This document shows positions 1 to 10,536 of a DNA stretch of 22,681 nt, piece after piece. The stretch covers positions 1-22,681 of the forward strand of contig NW_021824187.1 of NCBI RefSeq assembly GCF_006345805.1, given 5' to 3'. The position numbers and the translations under genes are program-made. How positions within the stretch are numbered: position 1 is the stretch's first letter; each line of letters opens with the position of its first letter. The notes beneath the pieces were generated by a model that was not told the DNA's origin, did no database searches, and saw only the letters and a program-made list of their open reading frames with translations. Origin of the DNA: Octopus sinensis (Eukaryota).

Positions 1-29
1 CATATATTACATACATACATACACACATG

Positions 30-61
<32 letters not shown>

Positions 62-145
62 CATGCATAGATACATGCATACATACATATACATATATGC
101 ATATGTGTTATATATATATAAAAATATATATACATATATACATAT

Positions 146-179
<34 letters not shown>

Positions 180-316
180 CAAAATACATACATATATATA
201 TGTGTATATACATACGCATATGTGCATATGTGTGTATAAATATACATACATACATGTGTATATTTATGTATGTGCATGTGTGCATGCGCATATGTAATCA
301 ATAATCTATTATCATC

Positions 317-348
<32 letters not shown>

Positions 349-645
349 ATATATATATATATATATATAATCTATCTATATATATATATATATTATATAT
401 ATATATATATATGCATACAGATACATACTTACATATATATCTATATCTATATATGTGTGTGTGCGCATGTGTGTATAGTTGAATGTATATATATATGCAC
501 ACAGATACATACTTACATATATATCTATATCTATATGTGTATGTGCGCATGTGTGTATAGGTGAATGCATATATATATATATACACATACACAAATGTCT
601 ATAAGTGTATAGATGTGCATGTGTGTGTGTATGTGTGTGTGTATA
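1..645. repeat. Degenerate (AT)n/(AC)n/(ATAC)n/(ATCT)n microsatellite tract containing an ~84-bp tandem duplication (411-494 / 495-575)
   Basis: Direct reading; unit atgca(t/c)acagatacatacttacatatatatctatatctatat...gcgcatgtgtgtatag(t/g)tgaatg occurs twice. Confidence 0.95.
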
Positions 646-999
646 ACACAGACATACCGATTGTGTTAGTGGTTGTAGTTTTGTAATGATGTTGGTGGAG
701 TTGACGACGGTAAGTATAAGTCTACCTTATATATTTAGGTTTTGACATACACTTATAAAGACTTGGCTTGCAATCGCAAACCGAAAGGAAAAAAAGAGAG
801 AGAAAAAACACACAAACAAAACAAAAAAAAACTAAGAATGAATAAATAAAACAATTTTCCAATAAACTTTTTCAATTACTAATTTGAAAAATGAAATTTT
901 ATCTGGTTTCCATAAATATATTTAAAATTTAATTTTAAACTGCACTGATGATAGAGGTCTACGAAAATCGCAATGTTTCGTGGCTAATAAAAGAAATAA

Positions 1000-1060
1000 T
1001 CGTCATCATCGTCATCATTACATTATCATCACCACCATCATCATCATCATCATCATCATT

Positions 1061-1108
<48 letters not shown>

Positions 1109-1112
1109 GTCG

Positions 1113-1144
<32 letters not shown>

Positions 1145-1165
1145 ATCATTATTACCATCATTATT
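1000..1165. repeat. (CAT)n/(CGT)n trinucleotide microsatellite
   Basis: Direct reading; explains the polyS/polyI/polyM ORFs. Confidence 0.95.
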
Positions 1166-1171
1166 ACCTCT

Positions 1172-1268
1172 ATGAATACCAGTAATACACTAGGGTCGAT
1201 GTAATCGACTTCCCCTCTCATCAAAATCTGCTGGCCCAGTGCCAAAGTTTGGAATTATTATTATTATT

Positions 1269-1333
<65 letters not shown>

Positions 1334-1356
1334 TATTATTATTATTATTATTATTG
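1172..1356 (+). mobile_element. 5'-truncated SINE family A copy (3' body, tail type 1, (ATT/ATC)n tail)
   Basis: gaataccagtaatacactagggtcgatgtaatcgact matches the body of the full copies at 2840 and 10255 (aagtaccagttacgcactggggtcgatgtaatcgact). The following cccc..aaaat..ggcc..gtgcc..attatt resembles the tails at 5290-5400 (-) and 18510-18550. Confidence 0.75.
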
Positions 1357-1862
1357 AGTGAGAGAGCAGTGCATGCCATCAAAGTGACACTGGGGTACAA
1401 TTACACGAAGCCCAGTATACCCATCATGACTACCCGTCTGATAAAGGTACACCAAGCACAGGCATCACAACCACATGTGCGCAACATGGTGATCTTATAT
1501 CAAGATAAATAGCGCACGACCTTGTACGTGGGGCCCAGTTAGAATTTTCTTCTGGTTGACTAGCCCATCCCGCTCAAAAGGTCCTTGAATAAAGTTTGTT
1601 TAAGGACGATGTACAAAACAACTATGAATTATTCAAACCCCAAAGAATTCCTCTCAACACATGGCTATGATGCTGCCCCACTACATCATACATTAAGAGA
1701 CATGCTCAACTGGATAAGGTCAACAAACTGACAAGCAAATCTGTGGTATTGAGCAGAATATTTGCTGTAGCCCATCTTTTATACCAAGACAAAACAATGT
1801 ACATGATAACACTTCTAATCAATTAAGATCAGAAGCCATGAGAGCCACTGCCTGGTATTGCA
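1357..1862 (-). mobile_element. Unclassified ~500-bp complex-sequence island, possibly a retroposon 3' fragment ending in an (AAT)n tail on the minus strand
   Basis: Non-repetitive block between ATT microsatellites; the minus strand ends ...ctgctctctcactc-aataataat. No second copy in the window and no ORF homology seen. Confidence 0.35.
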
Positions 1863-1865
1863 TTT

Positions 1866-2060
1866 ATTATCATTATTATTGTTATTATTATTATCATTTT
1901 AATTATTATTATTATTATTATTCTATGTTTGACTTTTGCTTTATATTTGTACAAGTTGGCTCCAAGTCTCACCCAGAGACCTCAAGAGACAACAGGTTGG
2001 AAGTTCATGTTGTTGTTATGCCTAGTGTGCCATATATTTTGGGGGGGGGAGTTTTTGGTG

Positions 2061-2109
<49 letters not shown>

Positions 2110-2131
2110 TTTTATTATTATTATTATTATT

Positions 2132-2196
<65 letters not shown>

Positions 2197-2234
2197 CATC
2201 ATCATCATCATCATCATCATCTTCATCGTCATCA

Positions 2235-2268
<34 letters not shown>

Positions 2269-2269
2269 G

Positions 2270-2345
<76 letters not shown>
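1866..2345. repeat. (ATT)n/(ATC)n microsatellites with a short complex insert (~1950-2060)
   Basis: Direct reading. Confidence 0.9.
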
Positions 2346-2346
<1 letters not shown>

Positions 2347-2430
2347 CTGCGAGGTACGTAAGACGTTCTTTCGAACACACTTCGTAAGTTATTGCATAAA
2401 CTGTGCTTTTCACTTTGTCTGTACAAATAT

Positions 2431-4512
2431 ATGTTGTTGGGAAGCAGTAGCGGTGGAGACAGCAAAAGCCGCAACACTACGAAAGGTAGTACCAGTAACA
2501 AAAAGGACAACAATACCAGCATTAACAATAAAACCAACACCAATGAGAACAACAATACCAATATTACCAACAACAGTAAGAACACGTTCGCTGCAGCAGC
2601 GAGCAAAACGGACCACATTATAGCATAGACCTCACAAACAAAGAGGAGAGATTTGCGCAGGATTGGATATTTATCAAAGAAGAACAAAGAAACCAGCAAT
2701 AATAGCACATGCAGATATTGAAGCTGTGCTGAGATGTATCAGGGATGATACCGGGAACATAGCGAGGGGAAGACGATACGGCACCATTTCGGTGCACTCA
2801 ATGATCCCTTGCAAAAGCAACAAGGTCATTATATACCCAGCGGCGAGCTGGCAGAAACGTTAGCACGTCGGGCGAGATGCTTAGCGGTATTTCGTCTGCC
2901 GTTACGTTCTGAGTTCAAATTCCACCGAGGTCGACTTTGCCTTTCATCCTTTCGGCGTCGATAAATTAAGTACCAGTTACGCACTGGGGTCGATGTAATC
3001 GACTTAATGCCTTTGTCTGCCCTTGTTTGTCTACTCTATGTTTAGCCCTTTGTGGGTAATAAAGAAATATATATACCCACCCCATATGGGAAAAAGAATA
3101 GCACGTCCGCATTCCCAAGATTCACACCAGGGCTTGACATGTGGTAGCTTCTGGGATGCGTATTTGAGCAAGGGTAGATACTGTCCCGATGGAAGTGACA
3201 ACAGCTGCCAGGGAGGACCGGTCTGGGTTGGATCTGGAGATATTTCTCCATCTCAAGCCCGAAAACTTCAAAAGAATACCGGACGACATCCATTTCCAAA
3301 ACGGGGCGGTATTGCACATAAAGACATGCAGATATTGAAGCTGCGCTGAGATGTATCAGGGATAATACCGAGAACATAGAGGGGGGAAGACCATACGGCA
3401 CCATTTCGGTGCACTCAATGATCCCTTGCAAAAGCAACAAGATCGTTATGTACCCACCCCATATGGGAAAAAGAATAGCACGTCCGCATTCCCAAGATTC
3501 CACCAGGGCTTGACATGTGGTAGCTTCTGGGATGCGTTTTCGAGCAAGGGTAGATACTGTCCCGATGGAAGTGACGACAGCTGCCAGAGAGGACCGGTCC
3601 GGGGTGGATCTGGAGATACTTCTCCAGATCAAGCCCGAAAACTTCAAAAGAATACCGGACCACATCCGTCTCTAAAACGGGACGGTATTGCACATGACTG
3701 AGAGCAGAAGGCTGCATTGTTTCGTTTGTGGAGAAATTACTCATTTGCGATCTAGCTTCTCTCAAGCGACAAAAAGTACAAGGGGTCGAAGGCCTCCATT
3801 TGCTGCCTACACTGGAACTAGGACCAAAAAATACACACATAGATAAAAATATAAACATACAGACAGACACAGAAAGCTTACAGTCACAGAACCCTTATTT
3901 TCCAAAGTTGAAGGAAAACCAAAAGGCTTAAAAAAAACAGAAAAGAAACTACAAAAGAAACACTCCACAAAGTATAACAACACCCACAATGAAAAAAGAC
4001 ACAACCCACGCAAACATCTCTCCCATTACACCAACAGCAACACAACCAACACCATCACTATCGTTAGAATCCTCCAAACGCAAACAACCTAAACAGATAC
4101 AAGAACACTCACACAAACATCTAAAACTGCAGATACCTCACTCACAGCAAACACAGACACAGCCGAAACAACAACAAGACCACCACCAGAACAGTCGAGC
4201 AAAGAAATAAAATAACACCAACACAAAACACCTAACTTCGTACTCATCAGAAAGGACATCGAGGAACTGATGACGCTCGTAACACAAAACATTGAATTCG
4301 AAACTGGAGAAGTGATTTTCGAAACTAGCACAGACTTGATTCTGGTGCGAATTTTGCTCGATTCCTACACAAAATTCGAGAGATCTTTCATGGGACGTTG
4401 GAACCACGAATGTGAGACCTACATCGAGACTCTTAAAGGGGTTCCCAGAAAACTCCCACCAATTATAGAAGTTGAACCACCCAGCCTTCAAAAGACACCG
4501 GGAGGTAAGTAA
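2431..4512 (+). pseudogene. LINE ORF1 (gag-like) relic with internal duplication, SINE insertion, stops and frameshifts
   Basis: Fragments read across frames: MLLGSSSGG...TFAAAASK; ISVHSMIPCKSNK; PMEVTTAAREDRSGVDLEILLQIKPENFKRIPDHIRL*NGTVLHMTESRRLHCFVCGEITHLRSSF (CX2CX4HX4C with the last C as TTC, one base from TGC); MTLVTQNIEF...GGK*. Confidence 0.65.
2840..3069 (+). mobile_element. Full-length tRNA-derived SINE family A, tail type 2, with a 10-bp TSD
   Basis: A-box-like tggcagaaacgttag and B-box gagttcaaattcc (2911-2923). TSD tatataccca at 2830-2839 and 3070-3079. The empty site is visible in the duplicated ORF1 copy (gttatgtacccacccc, ~3446-3461). Confidence 0.95.
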
Positions 4513-4542
4513 ACCCTTCCATTATTTCTTTAACTTGCCAAC

Positions 4543-5220
4543 ATGGCCATATTAAGGGTAGGATTTTTAAATGTGCGAGGCCTGGTGTCACCTTGGAAGC
4601 AGAGGCGCCTGATCAACGACCTCAAGTCTTTAGAATTGGATGAAATTGCTATCAGTGAGACCAGGATTTCCAATACACGCGCACTGCTCCCATATTCGAC
4701 GACTATCAGAACTTTGCACCTGTTAGTCGGCAGGGAATGGGAGGTGGAGTGGCAGTGCTGTTTAGGAAAGAACTGGATCTCAAGGTAAGGTCGATGTTCC
4801 GGGACCCGTGCGGGAAGTTGGTGGTCCTGGACGTGAGCAATAGTGAAGGTGGATTCTTTAAACCGGTTGACGTCTACGCCCCTACCGGAGCCAAACGGCG
4901 AATTCTTTTAGGCGTCTGGAAGACTTTCTAGGTACGTTTCACCCTTTACTGTTAGTTGGGGCCTGGAACGGAATCTTAGACGAAAGCTGGGATTGTGTGG
5001 GAGTAGCTGATAGAAGAGTGGGGTACAAAATCCTCAAGCACCTGATCAACCAGTTCTAACTGTTTGACAGGTACTGACGAAATTTCCCTAATGCACCAGT
5101 GTGGGCCTGGATCAACCGCTAAGGATCATCTAGATCGTATATAGAGAGGATTTTCACAAGGAAAGTAGTAATAGTGTAGGATGTCCACTTTTTAAAACGG
5201 TCGCCTATTCAGATCATAAC
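4543..5220 (+). pseudogene. Apurinic/apyrimidinic endonuclease domain of LINE ORF2 (frameshifted)
   Basis: MAILRVGFLNVRGL (N-x-R-G-L), ISETR (catalytic E), GGGVAVLF, VYAP, VGAWN (decayed GDWN), SRSYIERIF (decayed SRIDR) and AYSDH at 5203-5217 are the canonical LINE APE motifs, in order. Confidence 0.9.
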
Positions 5221-5288
5221 GTAACGACGGGGGATATACCGCGAAGCATTTTGCCTGGCGTGCTAACTATTCTGCCAGCTCGCCGCCT
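5219..5288 (-). mobile_element. SINE family A head only (3' part deleted), fused to the truncated LINE
   Basis: Reverse complement ggcggcgagctggcagaatagttagcacgccaggcaaaatgcttcgcggtat...gttacgt matches the family A 5' end. Confidence 0.85.
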
Positions 5289-5289
5289 T

Positions 5290-5290
5290 G

Positions 5291-5361
<71 letters not shown>

Positions 5362-5573
5362 CCTTTCTATTATAGGCACAAGGCCCGAAATTTGGGGGAG
5401 GCGATAGTCGATTGCATTGATCTTTAGTGTATCACTGGTACTTAATTTATCGACTCCGAAAGAATGAAAGGCAAAGTCGACCTCGGCGGAATTTGAACTC
5501 AGAACGTAGTGGCAAACGAAATACTGCTAAGCATTTCGCTTGGCGTGCTAATGATTCTACCAACTCGCACCTT
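5290..5573 (-). mobile_element. Full-length SINE family A, tail type 1 with a long (ATT)n tail (5290-5360)
   Basis: Reverse complement contains gagttcaaattccgccgaggtcgactttgcctttcattctttcggagtcgataaattaagtaccag and ends gggccttgtgcctataatagaaagga(tta)n. Confidence 0.9.
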
Positions 5574-5744
5574 TCCCTCTACTAATGAAGGTAAGAAAGT
5601 GTCATGCAATGTTTACATGAAATCATGTGATGTTACTTTCATCATTTCTTAGTCTTATCACAATTTACTTTCATTTTTTAGAACACTCTACTTTCACTAT
5701 TTTTACGACGGTAAGCTGCATATTAACCGTAATTAGGTTTACAT

Positions 5745-5756
5745 ACATACATATTA

Positions 5757-5803
<47 letters not shown>

Positions 5804-6364
5804 CATCAAGTAAGTTAAGTGTATGTCGGTTGGGGGTGCTGTTGGTGGGTGGATGTATAATTAAACGGTTGTAATTTCAGGTTAATTAGGTTAGTGAAAG
5901 GGGACAGATGAGCACCCTAATTCTTGCTGCTGAATAAAGAGGATTAGAGGATATTAGGATTGACAGGAAGTGGGATTATTAAGGTTTGCTCTTACTGCCA
6001 GCACCACCACCACCACCACCACCACCACCGCAACCGCCACCACCACCACCATCACCACCACCTCCACCATAATTGCACTCTCCAAGATACACCAAATTTC
6101 ATTTGTGTCCTAATTCTAGTTTTCGCTTCGTGTGTTGAGAGGCGGCGCGCGTAATTATACGTACATTTTGTATAAGTGTGTGAATATGTACGTATGTGTG
6201 TATGTATGTATATATGTATGTATGTATGTATGTAAGTATGTGTGTATGTGTGTGCGCGTGTGTGTGAGTATATGTGTGTAATTTTACACCTCCTCCTCCC
6301 ATCACCGTCTTACTATATCGCTTTGCAATCTCCTCTCATACTCTTTCGATATATAAATACACAC

Positions 6365-6419
<55 letters not shown>

Positions 6420-6504
6420 ATACACACATGTATATGTATAAAATATTTATGTACATATATATCGATATACATATATATATGTGTGTGTGTATTTATATAT
6501 ACAC

Positions 6505-6554
<50 letters not shown>

Positions 6555-6609
6555 ACATATACGTACATATATATGGTATGTTTCTATGTATATATATATA
6601 TATATAATA

Positions 6610-6644
<35 letters not shown>

Positions 6645-6757
6645 TATAGTATATCGATATATGTATATATAATATGTGTGTGTATATATATGTACATATA
6701 TATATGTACATACATATATAGTCATATATATATATATATATATATACTCATATACAT

Positions 6758-6801
<44 letters not shown>

Positions 6802-6955
6802 CGATATATTTGAACTTAGAAGGACGCAATGTGTTCTAAAGACTTTGCCAATTCGCCGCCTACTTTGATTGATTCTGTGGCTTATAACTCTGGCTCAGCC
6901 AAAATATCTGTGTTTGTGTGTGTATGTGTGTATGTGTGTGTATGAGTGTGTGTGC

Positions 6956-7004
<49 letters not shown>

Positions 7005-7124
7005 AAGTGTATGTATACATACACACATATACATACATGCATAATGTTTACACAAATGCACTCGCACACGCTTACGGCATTGATTCATTATTAAACTGAA
7101 CACGAAACTAAGATATGGGAAGTG

Positions 7125-7184
<60 letters not shown>

Positions 7185-7208
7185 TAGTGTGTAGTGGTGG
7201 TGGTGGTT

Positions 7209-7253
<45 letters not shown>

Positions 7254-7305
7254 TTGGTGGTCCTGGTGGTAGTAGTAGTAGTGGTGGTGGTGGTGTTGGT
7301 GGTGG
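5745..7305. repeat. Cluster of (AT)n, (CAC)n, (AC)n, (GT)n, (GA)n, (AGT)n and (GGT)n microsatellites with short unique spacers
   Basis: Direct reading. Confidence 0.9.
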
Positions 7306-7585
7306 CAGTGGCGTCCGCTGCGCAGTGAGGAGACATTAGGCAAGTGCACCTTTGCTCAATATCATTGAGTGACGTAAGAGAAACCGGAGACAACACCTTG
7401 TAACCAATTAAACAGCAGGAACACACCCGAAAATTGAAGTGATCCCGCCCGAGTTAAGAGAACAGCGCGCTATTTAGTTGCTTGTCGTACTCGGTGAGAA
7501 ATATTTAGGTCTTGTCACTGTTGCGCGCGCATTAAGCTTTGATTTGCCAAATGGATGTACTTTAAAACTGATCACGAAGTACGAA

Positions 7586-8201
7586 AAGAAGAAAATATAG
7601 CTTAGAAGAAGGAATAGGTGAGTGGTTAAGGTGCTCACTTTGCAACCAAATGGTCTGGAGTTCGGTTCCATTGTACGGCACCTTGGGGTAACAGTCTTGT
7701 ACTATATTTCCGGCCCGACTAATGCCTTGTCGGTGGTGAATTTGGTTGACGGAAACTATAAGGAAGCCTGTTACATGTACATGCGTGTTTGTAAGAAGAA
7801 AATATAGCTTAGAAGAAGGAATAGGTGAGTGGTTAAGGTGCTCACTTTGCAACCAAATGGTCTGGAGTTCGGTTCCATTGTACGGCACCTTGGGGGTAAC
7901 AGTCTTGTACTATATTTCCGGCCCGACTAATGCCTTGTCGGTGAATTTGGTTGACGGAAACTATAAGGAAGCCTGTTACATGTACATGCGTGTTTGTAAG
8001 AAGAAAATATAGCTTAGAAGAAGGAATAGGTGAGTGGTTAAGGTGCTACCTTTGCAACCAAATGGTCTGGAGTTCGGTTCCATTGTACGGCACCTTGGGA
8101 TAACAGTCTTGTACTATATTTCCGGCCCGACTAATGCCTTGTCGGTGAATTTGGTTGACGGAAACAATAAGGAAGCCTGTTACATGTACATGCGTGTTTG
8201 T
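7586..8201 (+). repeat. Three near-identical tandem units (207, 205, 204 bp), each containing a diverged 5' half of the CORE-type SINE family B
   Basis: Units start at 7586, 7793 and 7998 with aagaagaaaatatagcttag. Each contains gagtggttaag..ggagttcggttcc..ggcaccttggg..ggcccgactaatgccttg..atttggttgacggaaact, homologous to 8828-8990. Confidence 0.95.
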
Positions 8202-8294
8202 GGAAATATGCGTGTGCATGTGGGGGCGGATGTGTATGTGTGTGTGTGTGTGTGTATGTGTTTGTAAGTGTGTGTGTTTGTGTGTTATGTGGTT

Positions 8295-8470
8295 AAGAAG
8301 AACACAGCTTAGGAGCGGGCATAATTGTGTAGCTCAGAGGCTCACGTTGCGACCAGATGGTTTCGAGTTCGGTCCCATAGTACGCCACCTTGAGGGTAAC
8401 TGTCTTCTTCTATAGCCCTGGTCAGATAATGCCTTGTGAGTGAGTTTGGTATATGGAAACTGTATAAGGA
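8295..8470 (+). mobile_element. Older, diverged SINE family B 5' half resembling a fourth array unit
   Basis: aagaagaacacagcttag...tttcgagttcggtccc..gccaccttgagggtaactgtcttcttctatagccctgg..aatgccttgtgagtgagtttggtatatggaaactg. Confidence 0.75.
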
Positions 8471-8476
8471 TATATC

Positions 8477-8612
<136 letters not shown>

Positions 8613-8827
8613 CTTGTGTTTATGTCACCATAATAAGCTTAGTATGGACTTTATGTGCGACGCCTACAGGTGGCGACGTCTATTTACCTTTATTCCTCCT
8701 AAGCATAGCGGAAAATGGTCATTGCCGCCTGGGTTGGTGTTTCTGTAACAACGTAGACAAATACAGGTGCATCAAATACCATACAACATAGTTTTCTTTT
8801 ATTTTTTAAAAAATCATCTCCGCCTGT

Positions 8828-8989
8828 GGCGTAGGAGTGGTTGTGTGGTAAGTAGCTAGCTTACCAACCACATGGTTCCGGGTTCAATCCTACTGCGTAG
8901 CACCTTGGGCAAGTGTTTTCTACAATACCCTCGGGCCGACCAAAGCTTGCGAGTGGATTTGGTAGACGGAAACTTACAGAAGCCCGTCG

Positions 8990-9021
<32 letters not shown>

Positions 9022-9269
9022 TAATATATATAATATATATATATACATGTGTGTGTATGTGTTCTGTGTCTTGTTTGTCCCCCCAACATCGCTTGATAAC
9101 CGATGCTGGTGTGTTTGCGTCCCCGTAACTTAGCGGCTCGGCAAAAGAGACCGATAGAATAAGTACTAGGCTTACAAATAATAAGTCCGGGGGGGGGGGC
9201 GATTTGCTCGACTAAAGGCGGTGTTCCAGCATGGCCACAGTTAAAAATGACTGAAACAAGTAAAAGAGT
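8828..9269 (+). mobile_element. Full-length tRNA-derived CORE-type SINE family B (OR2-like) with an internal (TA)n
   Basis: Head ggcgtaggagtggttgtgtggtaag, B-box ggttcaatcc (8881-8890), CORE-like caccttgggcaagtg (8901-8915), internal TA run, tail gactgaaacaagtaaaagagt. Paralogues at 9627, 13267 and 20655. Confidence 0.9.
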
Positions 9270-9626
9270 CTCTAGAGGATTTACCATTATTATCAAATGA
9301 TGTTTAAGGCTAGATCCATATGGGAAGAAGATAATCTCAAAAATCGACAATATTCCAATGTTGACACAGCATTAAGGAAAAGAACTGGCTTATTGTTTGG
9401 AGATAAGGGGACAGTCGTGTGCGTGTGTTTCTGTCTCAATAGCCGTCAACAGCACGACAGTTGTCCGTCATTATATCCAGTAGTTAAGGGATTCGAATTA
9501 ATGCAAGTAAAAATGTAGAGTTCATATAAGAATTTTGGGGGATCTACAATAGTATTTTAAGGGGCCCTGAAAAAATTCTGCGTTAGGTATGAATTGCAAA
9601 AATCAGCTAAGTTTCTTTCTCTAACA

Positions 9627-10034
9627 TTTTACTTACTCTTTACTCTTTTATTTGTTTCAGTCAGTTGACTGCGGCCATGCTGGAGCACCGCCTTTAGTCG
9701 AGCAAATCGACCCCGGGACTTATTCTTTGTAAGCCCACTACTTATTCTATCGGTCTCTTTTGCCGAACCGCTAAGTGACGGGGAATAAACACACCAGCAT
9801 CGGTTGTCAAGCAATGCTAGGGAGACAAACACAGACTCACAAACATATACACACTCATATATATATATATATATATATACATATATACGACAGGCTTCTT
9901 TCAGTTTCCGTCTACCAAATCTACTCACAAGGCATTGGTCGACCTGGGGCTATAGCAGAAGACACTTGCCCAAGATGCCACGCAGTGGGACTGAACCCGG
10001 AACCAAGCTACTTACCACACAGCCACTCCTGCCC
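9627..10034 (-). mobile_element. Near full-length SINE family B, opposite orientation
   Basis: Reverse complement aligns end to end with 8828-9269, apart from a short deletion in the head. Tail (TACTCTT)-like repeats at 9627-9650. Confidence 0.92.
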
Positions 10035-10107
10035 CTTAGTTCAACTTACACAAGTGAATGTGTGAAAAACAAAATTGGAATTGGGAAGGAAGTTTCTATT
10101 AAACTAG

Positions 10108-10200
10108 TTTTTAAATACTGAATGGCTATGGGGGTCCACCAGAATAAAACAGTAATCAAAGGGGTCCAGAGAGGAAAAAAAATCGTTGAGAACTCCTCAT
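10108..10200 (+). mobile_element. Possible terminal fragment of a hAT-type MITE
   Basis: gggggtccacc...aaaggggtcc...aaaaaatcgttgagaactcctc resembles the ...aaaggttgagaacccctg right ends of hAT MITEs (recalled). No left TIR found. Confidence 0.35.
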
Positions 10201-10254
10201 GTAGACTAAAATGAACTAAGAGAGATAACTCGGTGTTCAGCGGTATGTATTGAA

Positions 10255-10484
10255 ACGGCAAGCTGGCAGAAATGTTAGCACGCCGGGCGAAGTGCTTAGC
10301 GGTATTTCGTCTGTCTTTACGTTCTGAGTTCAAATTCCGCCGAGGTCAACTTCGCCTTTCATCCTTTCGGGGTCGATAAATTAAGTACCAGTTACGCACT
10401 GGGGTCGATGTAATCGACTTAATCCGATTGTCTGTCCTTGTTTGTCCTCTCTGTGTTTAGCCCCTTGTGGGTAGTAAAGAAATA
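10255..10484 (+). mobile_element. Full-length SINE family A, tail type 2, with a perfect 13-bp TSD
   Basis: TSD ggtatgtattgaa at 10242-10254 and 10485-10497; aligns end to end with 2840-3069. Confidence 0.96.
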
Positions 10485-10536
10485 GGTATGTATTGAAGGA
10501 AAAAAGCCAAGATGATCAAGAGGCCATTCAGCACTC

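Larger units (their letters stand above)
2345..5220 (+). mobile_element. 5' half of a decayed L1/Tx1-clade LINE (5'UTR, ORF1, ORF2 AP endonuclease), truncated just after the endonuclease
   Basis: Putative ORF1 begins at ATG 2431 (low-complexity N-terminus with a TFAAAAS motif), includes a degenerate zinc knuckle CFVCGEITHLRSSF (~3717-3758) and ends ...QKTPGGK* at 4512. ORF2 begins at 4543 with APE motifs; no RT follows. Confidence 0.85.

Noticed and set aside
938-985. Hammerhead-like CTGATGA-tag-aggt-cta-c-GAAA at 945-966
   Set aside because: Stem II is out of register by one base (a G appears to be missing), there is no valid stem III, and stem I is poor. At best a decayed ribozyme.
4265-4310. 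CTGATGA followed later by GAAAC
   Set aside because: No stem II pairing; inside LINE ORF1.
6846-6861. tgccaattcgccgcct, the reverse complement of a family A SINE start
   Set aside because: Only ~16 bp with no continuing homology.
7586-8201. CRISPR-like or tRNA-gene array
   Set aside because: Units are full ~205-bp duplicates with no unique spacers, and the heads are decayed SINE tRNA-like regions that do not form a complete cloverleaf.
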